A stretch of 64,000 bases of DNA from Minisyncoccota bacterium. GTDB lineage: Bacteria; Patescibacteriota; Minisyncoccia; Phycocordibacterales; UBA9973. Positions 1 through 8,310 of this stretch are shown in pieces. Numbering within the stretch: position 1 is the stretch's first letter; every line of letters starts with the position of its first letter. The stretch spans positions 87,806 to 151,805 of the forward strand of contig JBAZYS010000002.1 of the NCBI GenBank assembly GCA_041659205.1. The letters are read 5' to 3'. Below the pieces are notes generated by a model. The model ran no database searches. It was not told where the DNA came from and saw nothing but the letters and a program-made list of their open reading frames with translations. The position numbers and the translations under genes are program-made.

Positions 1-24
1 TTATTTTATAAAAATAATTACAAT

Positions 25-312
25 ATGGGCACACTTTGGGAAAATGCTCTCTACAATGGTTATAAAATATATGGCGACGGAATAATAGAGGCTTCTCCAT
101 ACTTTATATCTCCGGGTGATATTAGGGTTCCTTTGCTTAATTGGACTTGGTCTATAAATGATTTTCAAATAGACATAACTGGCCCCAAAAAGAACGTGTT
201 TCCAGTACAAGTACAGCCAGGGGTGTCTGGAAGGTCTACAATAAAATTAAGCATTGAAAATATTTATAAAATTACGGGAGCCATTAGTAAGGAACTTGGT
301 GTAGAATTTTAA
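25..312 (+). CDS. hypothetical small protein (95 aa)
   Basis: ATG-initiated ORF directly upstream of the 318 gene. No recognisable motif. Confidence 0.3.
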   Translation: MGTLWENALYNGYKIYGDGIIEASPYFISPGDIRVPLLNWTWSINDFQIDITGPKKNVFPVQVQPGVSGRSTIKLSIENIYKITGAISKELGVEF

Positions 313-317
313 AATAA

Positions 318-1718
318 ATGAAAAAAATTTTATCATACATTTTAATACTCATTGGACTAATCGGACTGTTTAATCTGCCTGTTCGCGCAGAAGCAGCAGA
401 CCCAATGGGTTCTTGTAAAACTACTATATTTGGTGAAGTAAGAATTTTCCCTGACACACACCCAAACTGTACCGCCCGGGGAGGAGAGTGGAGTGAAACG
501 ACCCAAACATGTCCACCCCCTAAAGTATTAAGCACTACTAGCAACATTTGTGTTGACCCACCGCCAGCATCCGCAGAGCGTTGTTTTGTTAACGGGGTAC
601 AAAAGGAAGGGATATCCACAAAATCTGCTTGTGATGAAATAAATGGAATATGGGCGACCGTACCACCAACGCCAGATGGCCCCCGAGGGACTTGTATTGT
701 AGAAGGAGCTACTTTAAGCGGTTCATGGACAGAGGCAGCTTGTAGGCAACAGCCCAATTTTAAACAATGGTTACCCGAAGCCGCACCAAGAGGAACCTGT
801 ATAATAGGTTCTAGAACTGAACACGATTGGACGAAGGCTGCTTGTGACCTTAGTGGTGGCTCTTGGAGACCAAATCTTGCTGAAGACACAAAATATTATT
901 TTTTGTCTCCTCTGCCTTGTACTGGAACCCCTGAGAGCGGTTGCGTTGATGGAAAACTTAAATCTTTCGACCCTATTGGTGATAATAAATTAGGTGCCTA
1001 TTTAAACCTAATGATAAAGATATTCATCGGTATCTGTGCAGTCTTGGCGGTAATAATGATTGTTATGGGAGGCATTGAATACATGATGACTGAATTAGTC
1101 TCAGGCAAAGAAGCAGGAAGGGAGAGAATAAGAAATGCTTTACTTGGACTTCTTTTAGCTCTTGGTGCATACACTCTACTTAACACAATAAATCCAAATA
1201 TTCTAATAACTGATATACCACTACCAAACCAAGGAATAATAGTAACACTAGAGCCAGAACTTGAATCACCTCAGACAGCCGTTTTGACTGATGAGGGCGC
1301 CCCTTCTGGACCTACTCCTGGTTGTCCAGAAGGAATAGGAAGAACTGCGGGGGGTATATCTGTATGTAATAGTATTGTTGCAAAAGTTAATGATATGATT
1401 ACTGCTGCCAAAAATGCCAATCCTTCTTGTGTATTAACAGGAGGCGGATACAGATCACTCGCGAGACAAGTAGAACTAAGACAGAAAAATTGTCACGGTG
1501 ACACAACAAACAAAAATCCAAACCCTGCATGCAATCCTCCAACTGCACTTCCAGGAAACTCCAGACATCAACAAGGCCTCGCTATTGATTTTCAGAGTAG
1601 CGGACGCTTAATTGAAACAAGAGACAATGTTTGTTTTTTGTGGCTCTCGGCCCATGCAGGACCCACGTTAAAGAACCTGCCTTCGGAACCTTGGCATTGG
1701 TCAATTGATGGAAATTAA
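318..1718 (+). CDS. secreted Cys-rich protein with a central two-helix hydrophobic segment (VirB2/TrbC-pilin-like) and a C-terminal peptidase M15 (VanY-type D-Ala-D-Ala carboxypeptidase) domain
   Basis: N-terminal signal peptide (MKKILSYILILIGLIGLF...VRAEA). About 200 aa with many Cys. Two adjacent hydrophobic helices (IFIGICAVLAVIMIVMGG / LLGLLLALGAYTLL). C-terminal SRHQQGLAIDF matches the M15 SxHxxGxAxD zinc-peptidase motif. Confidence 0.55.
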   Translation: MKKILSYILILIGLIGLFNLPVRAEAADPMGSCKTTIFGEVRIFPDTHPNCTARGGEWSETTQTCPPPKVLSTTSNICVDPPPASAERCFVNGVQKEGISTKSACDEINGIWATVPPTPDGPRGTCIVEGATLSGSWTEAACRQQPNFKQWLPEAAPRGTCIIGSRTEHDWTKAACDLSGGSWRPNLAEDTKYYFLSPLPCTGTPESGCVDGKLKSFDPIGDNKLGAYLNLMIKIFIGICAVLAVIMIVMGGIEYMMTELVSGKEAGRERIRNALLGLLLALGAYTLLNTINPNILITDIPLPNQGIIVTLEPELESPQTAVLTDEGAPSGPTPGCPEGIGRTAGGISVCNSIVAKVNDMITAAKNANPSCVLTGGGYRSLARQVELRQKNCHGDTTNKNPNPACNPPTALPGNSRHQQGLAIDFQSSGRLIETRDNVCFLWLSAHAGPTLKNLPSEPWHWSIDGN

Positions 1719-1730
1719 TAATAATATTTT

Positions 1731-3113
1731 ATGTCAAAAAGAAACTTTATACTTTTAATAATCGTCTTAGTCATCCTCACTCTTGGGGTGTTGGGTTTTC
1801 TGTACCTTCAGCAACCAACTAGCCCGGGAGGGGATAGTACTGGCACAAACTTTGGTTCAAAATTTAATCCCTTTGGAACGAGTGACACAAATAAACCACC
1901 CACTCCACCTCCTCCTGTAGATGTTTCTGGATATGAACCAGCTCCTTCGACTCCAGATGCATTAGTAAAATTAAGAAAAATTTCTAGTATGCCCATAGCT
2001 GGTTTTACGGTATTTTCCAAAGAAAGATTAAAAGATGTAGTTGCCCCGGCAGTAACTCCACTAACAGATACTCCCGCATCCGCAGACGCCCCTGCAGTAA
2101 TTTCTGCCCCGAAGACACCAGCAAAGACAAATACAAAAATAACTAAGCCTACACCACCACTTACAGAATTCATGCCTGCTTTGAGATATGTAGCTCGAGC
2201 TGATGGAAACATTTATCAAACTTTTGCCGACAGGGTTCTTGAACAAAAGTTTTCTGTCACAATAATTCCTAAAATATATGAGGCTTTCTTCGGCAACAAT
2301 GGAAGCTCTGTAATTATGAGATATTTAAAGGGTGATGTTAAAACAGTTGCCACTTTTATCGGAACTCTTCCAAAGGAAATATTGGGCGCAGACACAACGG
2401 TCAGTAATGAAGTAAAGGGAACATTTTTGCCTGATAACATAAAAGACATAAGTCTGCTTCCTGACGGATCTAGCGCTTTTTACTTATTTAATGTCGGAGA
2501 CAATACAATAGGCACTACTCTCAACTTCGTCACAAATAAAAAGGCCCAAATTTTTGACTCATCTTTCAACGAATGGTTATCAGTTTTTTCAAATACCAAA
2601 ACGATTACTTTAACTACTAAACCTTCTTCGGAAGTCCTTGGATATATGTATACATTAAATACTGGTACTAAAAATTTTACTAAAACTCTCGGCGGCATAA
2701 ATGGACTCACGACACTCGCTAGTCCCAGTGGAAACTTGGTTCTTTTTAGTGATAATAATTTATTTCTCAATGTTTATCACACAGACACTAAAACAACAGA
2801 CCCACTCGGGGTGAAAACTCTACCAGAAAAATGTGTCTGGAATAAAACAAGTGACACTGCTTATTGCGGAGTCCCTAAATATATTGCAAGTGGTGGATAT
2901 CCAGACAGCTGGTACCAGGGAGAAGTTTCTTTCTCTGACCAAATCTGGAAAATAGATATCAAAACAGGAAATGCAACAATCATCGCAGATCCAGTAGCTG
3001 TACAGGGGGGAGAAGACACAGACAGCATAAAACTTGCATTAGATGACGGAGAAAATTACTTATTCTTTGTGAACAAAAAAGATTCCTACCTCTGGGAACT
3101 TGGGCTTAAATAA
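1731..3113 (+). CDS. membrane-anchored Pro/Thr-rich hypothetical protein
   Basis: N-terminal TM helix followed by a PPTPPPP-rich linker and a ~350 aa extracytoplasmic domain. No recognisable catalytic motif. Confidence 0.4.
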   Translation: MSKRNFILLIIVLVILTLGVLGFLYLQQPTSPGGDSTGTNFGSKFNPFGTSDTNKPPTPPPPVDVSGYEPAPSTPDALVKLRKISSMPIAGFTVFSKERLKDVVAPAVTPLTDTPASADAPAVISAPKTPAKTNTKITKPTPPLTEFMPALRYVARADGNIYQTFADRVLEQKFSVTIIPKIYEAFFGNNGSSVIMRYLKGDVKTVATFIGTLPKEILGADTTVSNEVKGTFLPDNIKDISLLPDGSSAFYLFNVGDNTIGTTLNFVTNKKAQIFDSSFNEWLSVFSNTKTITLTTKPSSEVLGYMYTLNTGTKNFTKTLGGINGLTTLASPSGNLVLFSDNNLFLNVYHTDTKTTDPLGVKTLPEKCVWNKTSDTAYCGVPKYIASGGYPDSWYQGEVSFSDQIWKIDIKTGNATIIADPVAVQGGEDTDSIKLALDDGENYLFFVNKKDSYLWELGLK

Positions 3114-3130
3114 ATAAATTAATTCATAAA

Positions 3131-3224
3131 AGAAATACTTTAAAAGGGTACAGATTTTTTGAAGCTTAAAAAATCCTGAAGTTTTCGTGTCGCCACACTC
3201 AAAACCCCCTTTTAAAGTATTTCT
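3131..3224 (+). repeat. intergenic palindromic repeat family 1, copy A: conserved core GGTACAGATTTTTTGAAGCTTAAAAAATCCTGAAG...AAAACCCC enclosed by an 18-bp perfect inverted repeat
   Basis: The core at 3149..3206 recurs at 15340, 28910 (reverse complement), 30838 and 31801. Flanks AGAAATACTTTAAAAGGG (3131..3148) and CCCTTTTAAAGTATTTCT (3207..3224) are perfect inverted repeats. It lies between the convergent 3' ends of CDS 1731..3113 and jag. Confidence 0.8.
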
Positions 3225-3235
3225 TTTATTTTCTT

Positions 3236-3724
3236 TTAAACAGAGCCAGTGTATTTAATTACTACTCGGCGGTCACGACCCATGCCAATAGATTCGGTTT
3301 TGAGGTCATTTGCTTCAGATAAAAATTCATGCACAATCCTACGTTCAAAAGCTGACATTGGGTCAACTTCTATATTTGATTTAAAATATCTTGCTCGCTC
3401 TGACATCATATGGGCAACCGCTCGAACACTTTCCACATGTTTCTTTTGAAAACCATTTATATCAATAATGATACCTAAGCCTGAATGATCTTTTTCCCCT
3501 ATCCCTGGGATAGGGGAAGATTTTGACTCAATAATTCTATGAACAAGGTGGCTTAAAGCTTGCAATCCCTCTCCCTCTCTTGAAATAAAGAAATGCGGTT
3601 CACTTACTTCCACTGAAACCCAAATATTTTTAGGACCGTCTTCTACAACAGAAATTCCATTTAACTTTACAGTTGTTTTTTCAATCAACTCTTTTATTAA
3701 ATTTTGAATTTCTTCTTGCTTCAT
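3236..3724 (-). CDS. jag: Jag/KhpB RNA-binding protein (KH + R3H domains)
   Basis: R3H motif FERRIVHEFL. Conserved position next to yidC in the rpmH-rnpA-yidD-yidC-jag cluster. Confidence 0.8.
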   Translation of the reverse strand: MKQEEIQNLIKELIEKTTVKLNGISVVEDGPKNIWVSVEVSEPHFFISREGEGLQALSHLVHRIIESKSSPIPGIGEKDHSGLGIIIDINGFQKKHVESVRAVAHMMSERARYFKSNIEVDPMSAFERRIVHEFLSEANDLKTESIGMGRDRRVVIKYTGSV

Positions 3725-3730
3725 ATTTTT

Positions 3731-4459
3731 TTACTTAATCACTATCTTAAAATTCTTTTCTCTTTTAACATAAATCTGTTGCCCAACCATAAATAAATTA
3801 CTGGTGATCCAATAAAGAGCAACTGCACCTGAAATACTATAAGCAATAAAAGCTATAACAAATGGAAAAATATACTTCATCTGCATACTCATACTCTTAG
3901 AAAAACTGTCTGCAAAAGAAGAAGTGGCTCCCGGGGTAGGGGTAGGAGCTTTCGGCATAAAGTGCGCTTGGAGATATTGAGATACTCCAGCTAATATTGC
4001 TAGAACTAGACTTTTTTGAGTGATATCAAGGAAGCCCAAGAAAAGCATATTCACATGGGCAGGAACGTGAACAAAAGAATAAAGTAACCCCCCATCGAAC
4101 TTTATGCCCTTTAAAAAGACGTAATATAAAGCAAAAATGACAGGAATTTGAATTAAGACGAGCAAGCACCCAGAAAATGGATTAGTATTGTGTTTTTTAT
4201 ATAGCTCAAAAGTGAGACGAGCTTGTTCTTCTTTAGAAGCGCCACTTGTTTTGATTTTATTAATCTCTGGGGTTAAAATATTCATTTCCGCCTGACTTTC
4301 TATGGATTTCTGAGATAATGGGAAAAGAATAATTTTAACAAGGATAGTGAGCACAATAACAGCAAGACCAACGTCTCCACCAGGGATAATAGATACTAAA
4401 AAGGCTAAAGCATTGAGAAGTGGCTGATATAAAATCGTATTCCAAATATTTGAAAGCAT
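3731..4459 (-). CDS. yidC: membrane protein insertase YidC (short form)
   Basis: Multi-TM protein with YidC/Oxa1 core similarity. Conserved position downstream of rnpA/yidD. Confidence 0.8.
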   Translation of the reverse strand: MLSNIWNTILYQPLLNALAFLVSIIPGGDVGLAVIVLTILVKIILFPLSQKSIESQAEMNILTPEINKIKTSGASKEEQARLTFELYKKHNTNPFSGCLLVLIQIPVIFALYYVFLKGIKFDGGLLYSFVHVPAHVNMLFLGFLDITQKSLVLAILAGVSQYLQAHFMPKAPTPTPGATSSFADSFSKSMSMQMKYIFPFVIAFIAYSISGAVALYWITSNLFMVGQQIYVKREKNFKIVIK

Positions 4460-4495
4460 TAGCCTATTCTATATGAAAACCTAAACAATTACAAA

Positions 4496-4711
4496 CTACT
4501 TAACAGGATCTATGTGGTTTTTCTGCCACGGATGACATCGTAAAATACGCAAAAAACCTAAATATATTCCTTTAAAAGGGCCATATTTTTCTATAGCTTG
4601 TTTCGTGTATTCTGAGCAAGTAGGATAAAAAACGCAACTTGGTTTTAAAAAAATTGATATATATTTCTGGTAAAAATTAACGAATTTTACTGAATATTGT
4701 TTTAACTTCAT
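4496..4711 (-). CDS. yidD: membrane protein insertion efficiency factor YidD
   Basis: VFYPTCSEYTKQAIEKYG matches the YidD CxFYPSCSEY motif. It overlaps the rnpA 3' end, as is typical. Confidence 0.85.
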   Translation of the reverse strand: MKLKQYSVKFVNFYQKYISIFLKPSCVFYPTCSEYTKQAIEKYGPFKGIYLGFLRILRCHPWQKNHIDPVK

Positions 4712-5051
4712 TTTCTAAAATAGACACATCTGTTTCGACTTTTTTAAAAATAAAAACACCGCTAAGGGGCGCCGGCAAACTTTCTACATACTTAATAAGT
4801 ATAGAATATAGAAGTCTCCTTAGGGAATTCCTTTTTACTGCGAGTTTAGCAATACTTTTAGGGACGATAACAGAAATACGTGGGGATAAAGAGTTTTGCG
4901 ATGAGCAGCTGGCTTCTGTGTTGCTCATAAAAAACTCTTTAGCCCCATGTATTATATATTTAAAAGTTAAATTGAGAGAATTAATAAACTTACCTTCTTT
5001 AAAGATTTTTTCTACTGCCTTTTTATCGGCCCTATTTTTTTTAGGAAGCAT
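4677..5051 (-). CDS. rnpA: ribonuclease P protein component
   Basis: Basic ~120-aa protein immediately downstream of rpmH. RnpA-like RRLLY/KR-rich signature. Confidence 0.8.
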   Translation of the reverse strand: MLPKKNRADKKAVEKIFKEGKFINSLNLTFKYIIHGAKEFFMSNTEASCSSQNSLSPRISVIVPKSIAKLAVKRNSLRRLLYSILIKYVESLPAPLSGVFIFKKVETDVSILENEVKTIFSKIR

Positions 5052-5070
5052 TTTGTGAACAAAGAGAGAA

Positions 5071-5205
5071 CTATACAGATAATTTCTTTCTACCTTTTTG
5101 GCGTCTTCTTTTTAAGACCTTTTTGCCAGTCTTTATTCTTGATCTAACCAAAAACCCATGGGCTCGGGCTCTTTTTCTCTTTTTAGGTTGGTATGTTTGT
5201 GACAT
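5071..5205 (-). CDS. rpmH: 50S ribosomal protein L34 (44 aa), absent from the ORF track
   Basis: Manual translation of the minus strand gives [44 protein letters not shown], the canonical L34 sequence. It is upstream of rnpA as in most bacteria. Confidence 0.9.
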   Translation of the reverse strand: MSQTYQPKKRKRARAHGFLVRSRIKTGKKVLKRRRQKGRKKLSV

Positions 5206-5297
5206 ATAGTAGAGTCTATAATATTATAGGGAATAAATCAAATATAAAAATTTAATCTATAATAAAAAACAGAACCCGTTCTTTAATAGCTTTTCAG

Positions 5298-5317
5298 TTA
5301 TCCACAGCTTATCAACA
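5298..5317 (+). promoter_or_regulatory. DnaA boxes in the rpmH-dnaA intergenic region: consensus TTATCCACA (5298..5306) and TTATCAACA (5309..5317)
   Basis: Exact 9-mer DnaA box consensus followed 2 bp later by a one-mismatch box, about 60 bp upstream of the dnaA start. Classic oriC / dnaA autoregulation position. Confidence 0.7.
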
Positions 5318-5372
5318 GAGTTAGTAAGCTTTTAAAGTGTATTCTATTTACGAAATAGTATAATATGAAACT

Positions 5373-6713
5373 ATGAATACGAAACAGTTGTGGAAAAATT
5401 GTTTGATGAAAATTGAGTCTGGAATGTCTAAAGCAAACTTCAGTACTTGGTTTAAAAATACATCAATTATTAAAGAGGAAACTGGAATTATTTACATCGG
5501 AGTTCCAAATGAGTTTGTCCGCGATTGGTTAATGAATAAATATCACAAACTCATCACTAAAACTATTGCTGAAGCTTATGAGAGTATGCGAGCAGTAGAA
5601 TACACAATTACTAAAATAGAAACTCCGGCCCAAGAAGTAATAACGATCACGGAAAGTGCAGAAAAAGAGCTTCCTTTGAGAGATTTATATATAAACCCAG
5701 GAGACAATCTAAATCCCCGTTACCGTTTCAACTCTTTTATTGTTGGCGCCTTCAACGAGCTCGCTTATGCAGCGTCTCAAGCGATAATAGACTCACCTGG
5801 AACTAAATATAATCCATTTTTTATTTACGGAGGGACTGGTCTTGGAAAAACTCACTTAATCCAAGCAGTAGGTAACTCAATAAAAGACAAGTATCCTGAC
5901 AAAAAAGTGCATTATATGACCTTAGAAAAATTTGCAACTGATTTTATCAACTCCCTTCAGAGCAATAAAGCAAACTCTTTCAAAGAAAAGTATCGTAAAT
6001 ATGATTTATTGATCATCGATGATATCCAATTCATAGGAAAAATGGAAAAAATTCAAGAAGAACTTTTCCATACATTTAATACTTTCTATGAAAACAATAA
6101 ACAAATCATTTTTTCTTCTGATAAACATCCAAACTATATTCCTGAGCTCGCGGACCGTTTAAAGTCACGTTTTGCGGCAGGAATGATAGTAGATATCTCT
6201 GAACCAGAATATGAATCTCGTCTCGCAATCATAAAAGTAAAACTGCGAGAATTAAATATTGTATTAGACGAAGATTTAATAGAATACGTTGCAGGTGCAA
6301 TGCAGGGAAATATCCGAGAGTTGGAGGGGAGCTTAAACCTTATAGTTTGCCAATATCGCTTGAAAAATAAGGCTCCAACCCTTGTAGAAGTAAAAAATTT
6401 ACTTAAAAACAACATGAAGCCAAAGAAAAACATGGCAATAAAAGATGTTGTAAAAATAGTAGCTGAATATTATAAACTAGAAGAAGCTTCTGTTTATGAA
6501 AAAACTAGAAAAAAAGAAATTGTGAAAGCTAGACAAGTTATTATGTATCTACTACGAGAAGATTTTAGTGTTTCTTACCCTTTAATTGGTCAGAAATTGG
6601 GAGGAAAAGACCATACCACAGTCATGCATTCATGTGTAAAAATAAAAGCAGACTTAAAAAATGATTCTCAGTTAATCCAAGAGTTAGAGCAAATAAGAAT
6701 TATGTTTAAATAG
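5373..6713 (+). CDS. dnaA: chromosomal replication initiator DnaA
   Basis: AAA+ Walker A GGTGLGKTHL. C-terminal DNA-binding domain. Conserved rpmH-dnaA-dnaN synteny. Confidence 0.95.
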   Translation: MNTKQLWKNCLMKIESGMSKANFSTWFKNTSIIKEETGIIYIGVPNEFVRDWLMNKYHKLITKTIAEAYESMRAVEYTITKIETPAQEVITITESAEKELPLRDLYINPGDNLNPRYRFNSFIVGAFNELAYAASQAIIDSPGTKYNPFFIYGGTGLGKTHLIQAVGNSIKDKYPDKKVHYMTLEKFATDFINSLQSNKANSFKEKYRKYDLLIIDDIQFIGKMEKIQEELFHTFNTFYENNKQIIFSSDKHPNYIPELADRLKSRFAAGMIVDISEPEYESRLAIIKVKLRELNIVLDEDLIEYVAGAMQGNIRELEGSLNLIVCQYRLKNKAPTLVEVKNLLKNNMKPKKNMAIKDVVKIVAEYYKLEEASVYEKTRKKEIVKARQVIMYLLREDFSVSYPLIGQKLGGKDHTTVMHSCVKIKADLKNDSQLIQELEQIRIMFK

Positions 6714-6951
6714 TTGTTGATAAAGAGTTTAAAACAATACAATAAGTAGTGAAAAGATTGTTAATTAAAAATGATAAAAAATGGTTTTAAATTAAAAAAA
6801 TAATTATTAAAATATTTAAAATAAGTTATTAGTTTTTTAAAAAAAATTAAAACATAAAAAAACATTATAAAATAAGACTTTAAATGTTTATCCACTTATT
6901 AACAGAACTAATATTATTAATAAATTATATATAGAAGATATAAACAAATAC
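6714..6951 (+). promoter_or_regulatory. extremely AT-rich dnaA-dnaN spacer (candidate oriC DNA-unwinding element) with a DnaA box TTATCCACT at 6888..6896
   Basis: About 240 bp at >85% AT with A/T tracts, plus one near-consensus DnaA box. Confidence 0.5.
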
Positions 6952-8049
6952 ATGAAAATAGAATGCTCGACAGAAAAAATAAAAAATGTGATTTCTCAAG
7001 TGGAAAGAATTACTGGTAAAAATTTAACCCTTCCAATTCTAAATTCCATCTTATTAATTGCTTCCGGTAATTCTTTAAAATTTAGATCTACAAATTTAAG
7101 TCTTGGTATAGAGATTGAAATCCCGGCAAAAATTGAGAAAGAAGGGAATCTTGCAATATCTGGTTCTGTTTTAAACGCAGTTTTTTCAAACGTTTCCCAA
7201 AATGAAAATGTATTTCTAGAAGAAAAAGATGGAAATCTTTTGATTAAAACAAAAAAAAGCCAAATAAAGCTTAAAAGTCAGCCTTGTGAAGATTTTCCCA
7301 CAATACCAATGGTTACAGGAAATAGTTTTGAAATAGAATCAAGTAAGTTAATAGATGGGATAAAATCAGTTTATTATAGTTCTTCTGTTTCAGATATTAA
7401 ACCTGAAATATCAAGTGTTTTTCTTTATACAAATGACGAGAATCTTGTTTTTGTTTCCACTGATTCGTTTAGGCTTGCAGAAAAGAAGGTCAAAGTAAAA
7501 GGGTTTGAGGAGATTTTAGGAATTCTTATTCCATATAAAAACATAGGAGAAATATTGAAAGTTTTTGGAGAAGTTAAAGGTGTAATTAAAGTGTGTTTTA
7601 ATAAAAACCAAATTTCTTTTTCTTCTGAAAATACCTACCTTACATCCCGAATAATAGACGGAATATTTCCAGATTACAGACAAATTATTCCAAAAGAATC
7701 CTCAACCGATGTGGTGGTGCTCAAGCAAGATTTATTGAATGCTTTAAAACTTTCAAATATTTTTTCAGATAAGTTTAACCAAGTTAATCTTAAAATTAAC
7801 CCCAAAGAAAAAGTTTTTGAGCTCTCTTCATCAAATAATGATATTGGTGAAAATAAAACATATTTAGATGCTGTGTTGAGAGGGGAGGAAGTAGAACTTG
7901 GGTTTAATTATAAGTATTTTTTAGATTGTTTTCAGTCAATCAATACAGACAGTGTTAACATAAAGTTGTCCGGGGCTTCTCGTCCAATAGTTATCTCTCC
8001 TGTTTCTGATTCATCCTTTACTTATCTCATAATGCCAATGAATAGATAA
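6952..8049 (+). CDS. dnaN: DNA polymerase III beta subunit (sliding clamp)
   Basis: Three-domain ~365 aa protein directly after dnaA with a typical DnaN N-terminus. Confidence 0.9.
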   Translation: MKIECSTEKIKNVISQVERITGKNLTLPILNSILLIASGNSLKFRSTNLSLGIEIEIPAKIEKEGNLAISGSVLNAVFSNVSQNENVFLEEKDGNLLIKTKKSQIKLKSQPCEDFPTIPMVTGNSFEIESSKLIDGIKSVYYSSSVSDIKPEISSVFLYTNDENLVFVSTDSFRLAEKKVKVKGFEEILGILIPYKNIGEILKVFGEVKGVIKVCFNKNQISFSSENTYLTSRIIDGIFPDYRQIIPKESSTDVVVLKQDLLNALKLSNIFSDKFNQVNLKINPKEKVFELSSSNNDIGENKTYLDAVLRGEEVELGFNYKYFLDCFQSINTDSVNIKLSGASRPIVISPVSDSSFTYLIMPMNR

Positions 8050-8050
8050 T

Positions 8051-8308
8051 ATGATAGAAATAAAAGATTTACTTTCTAGGTTTACTAATCTTTTATTACC
8101 CGAGGAAAACAAAAGGGAAACCATTCGAATGGCCATTTCAAGTGTTATTGGGGTAGAAATATCGTCGAAGGATATAAAAATAAAAAATAATATAATATAT
8201 TTAAATATTAAACCTATTTATAAGAATGAAGTCTTCATAAAACAGGAGCAAATTTTTCTAAAATTGAAAGAAACCTTTGGTGAAAAAAGCCCAAAAGATA
8301 TTCGATAA
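8051..8308 (+). CDS. small hypothetical protein downstream of dnaN (possibly DUF721/DciA-like)
   Basis: 85 aa. Position after dnaN is where DUF721 proteins commonly sit. No motif verified. Confidence 0.3.
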   Translation: MIEIKDLLSRFTNLLLPEENKRETIRMAISSVIGVEISSKDIKIKNNIIYLNIKPIYKNEVFIKQEQIFLKLKETFGEKSPKDIR

Positions 8309-8310
8309 TT

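Noticed and set aside
1808-2770. Antisense ORFs inside CDS 1731..3113 (1808..2212, 2061..2246, 2216..2449, 2480..2770) and similar antisense ORFs inside other large genes (e.g. 8861..9157, 6134..6433, 22770..22994, 24932..25252)
   Set aside because: They are embedded opposite well-supported genes, with no motifs and compositionally biased translations. These are typical shadow ORFs.
3131-3224. Interpretation of family-1 elements as integron attC sites
   Set aside because: attC sites are variable in sequence but conserved in structure. Here the internal core is conserved and only the outer arms vary. No integron integrase or cassette organisation is present.
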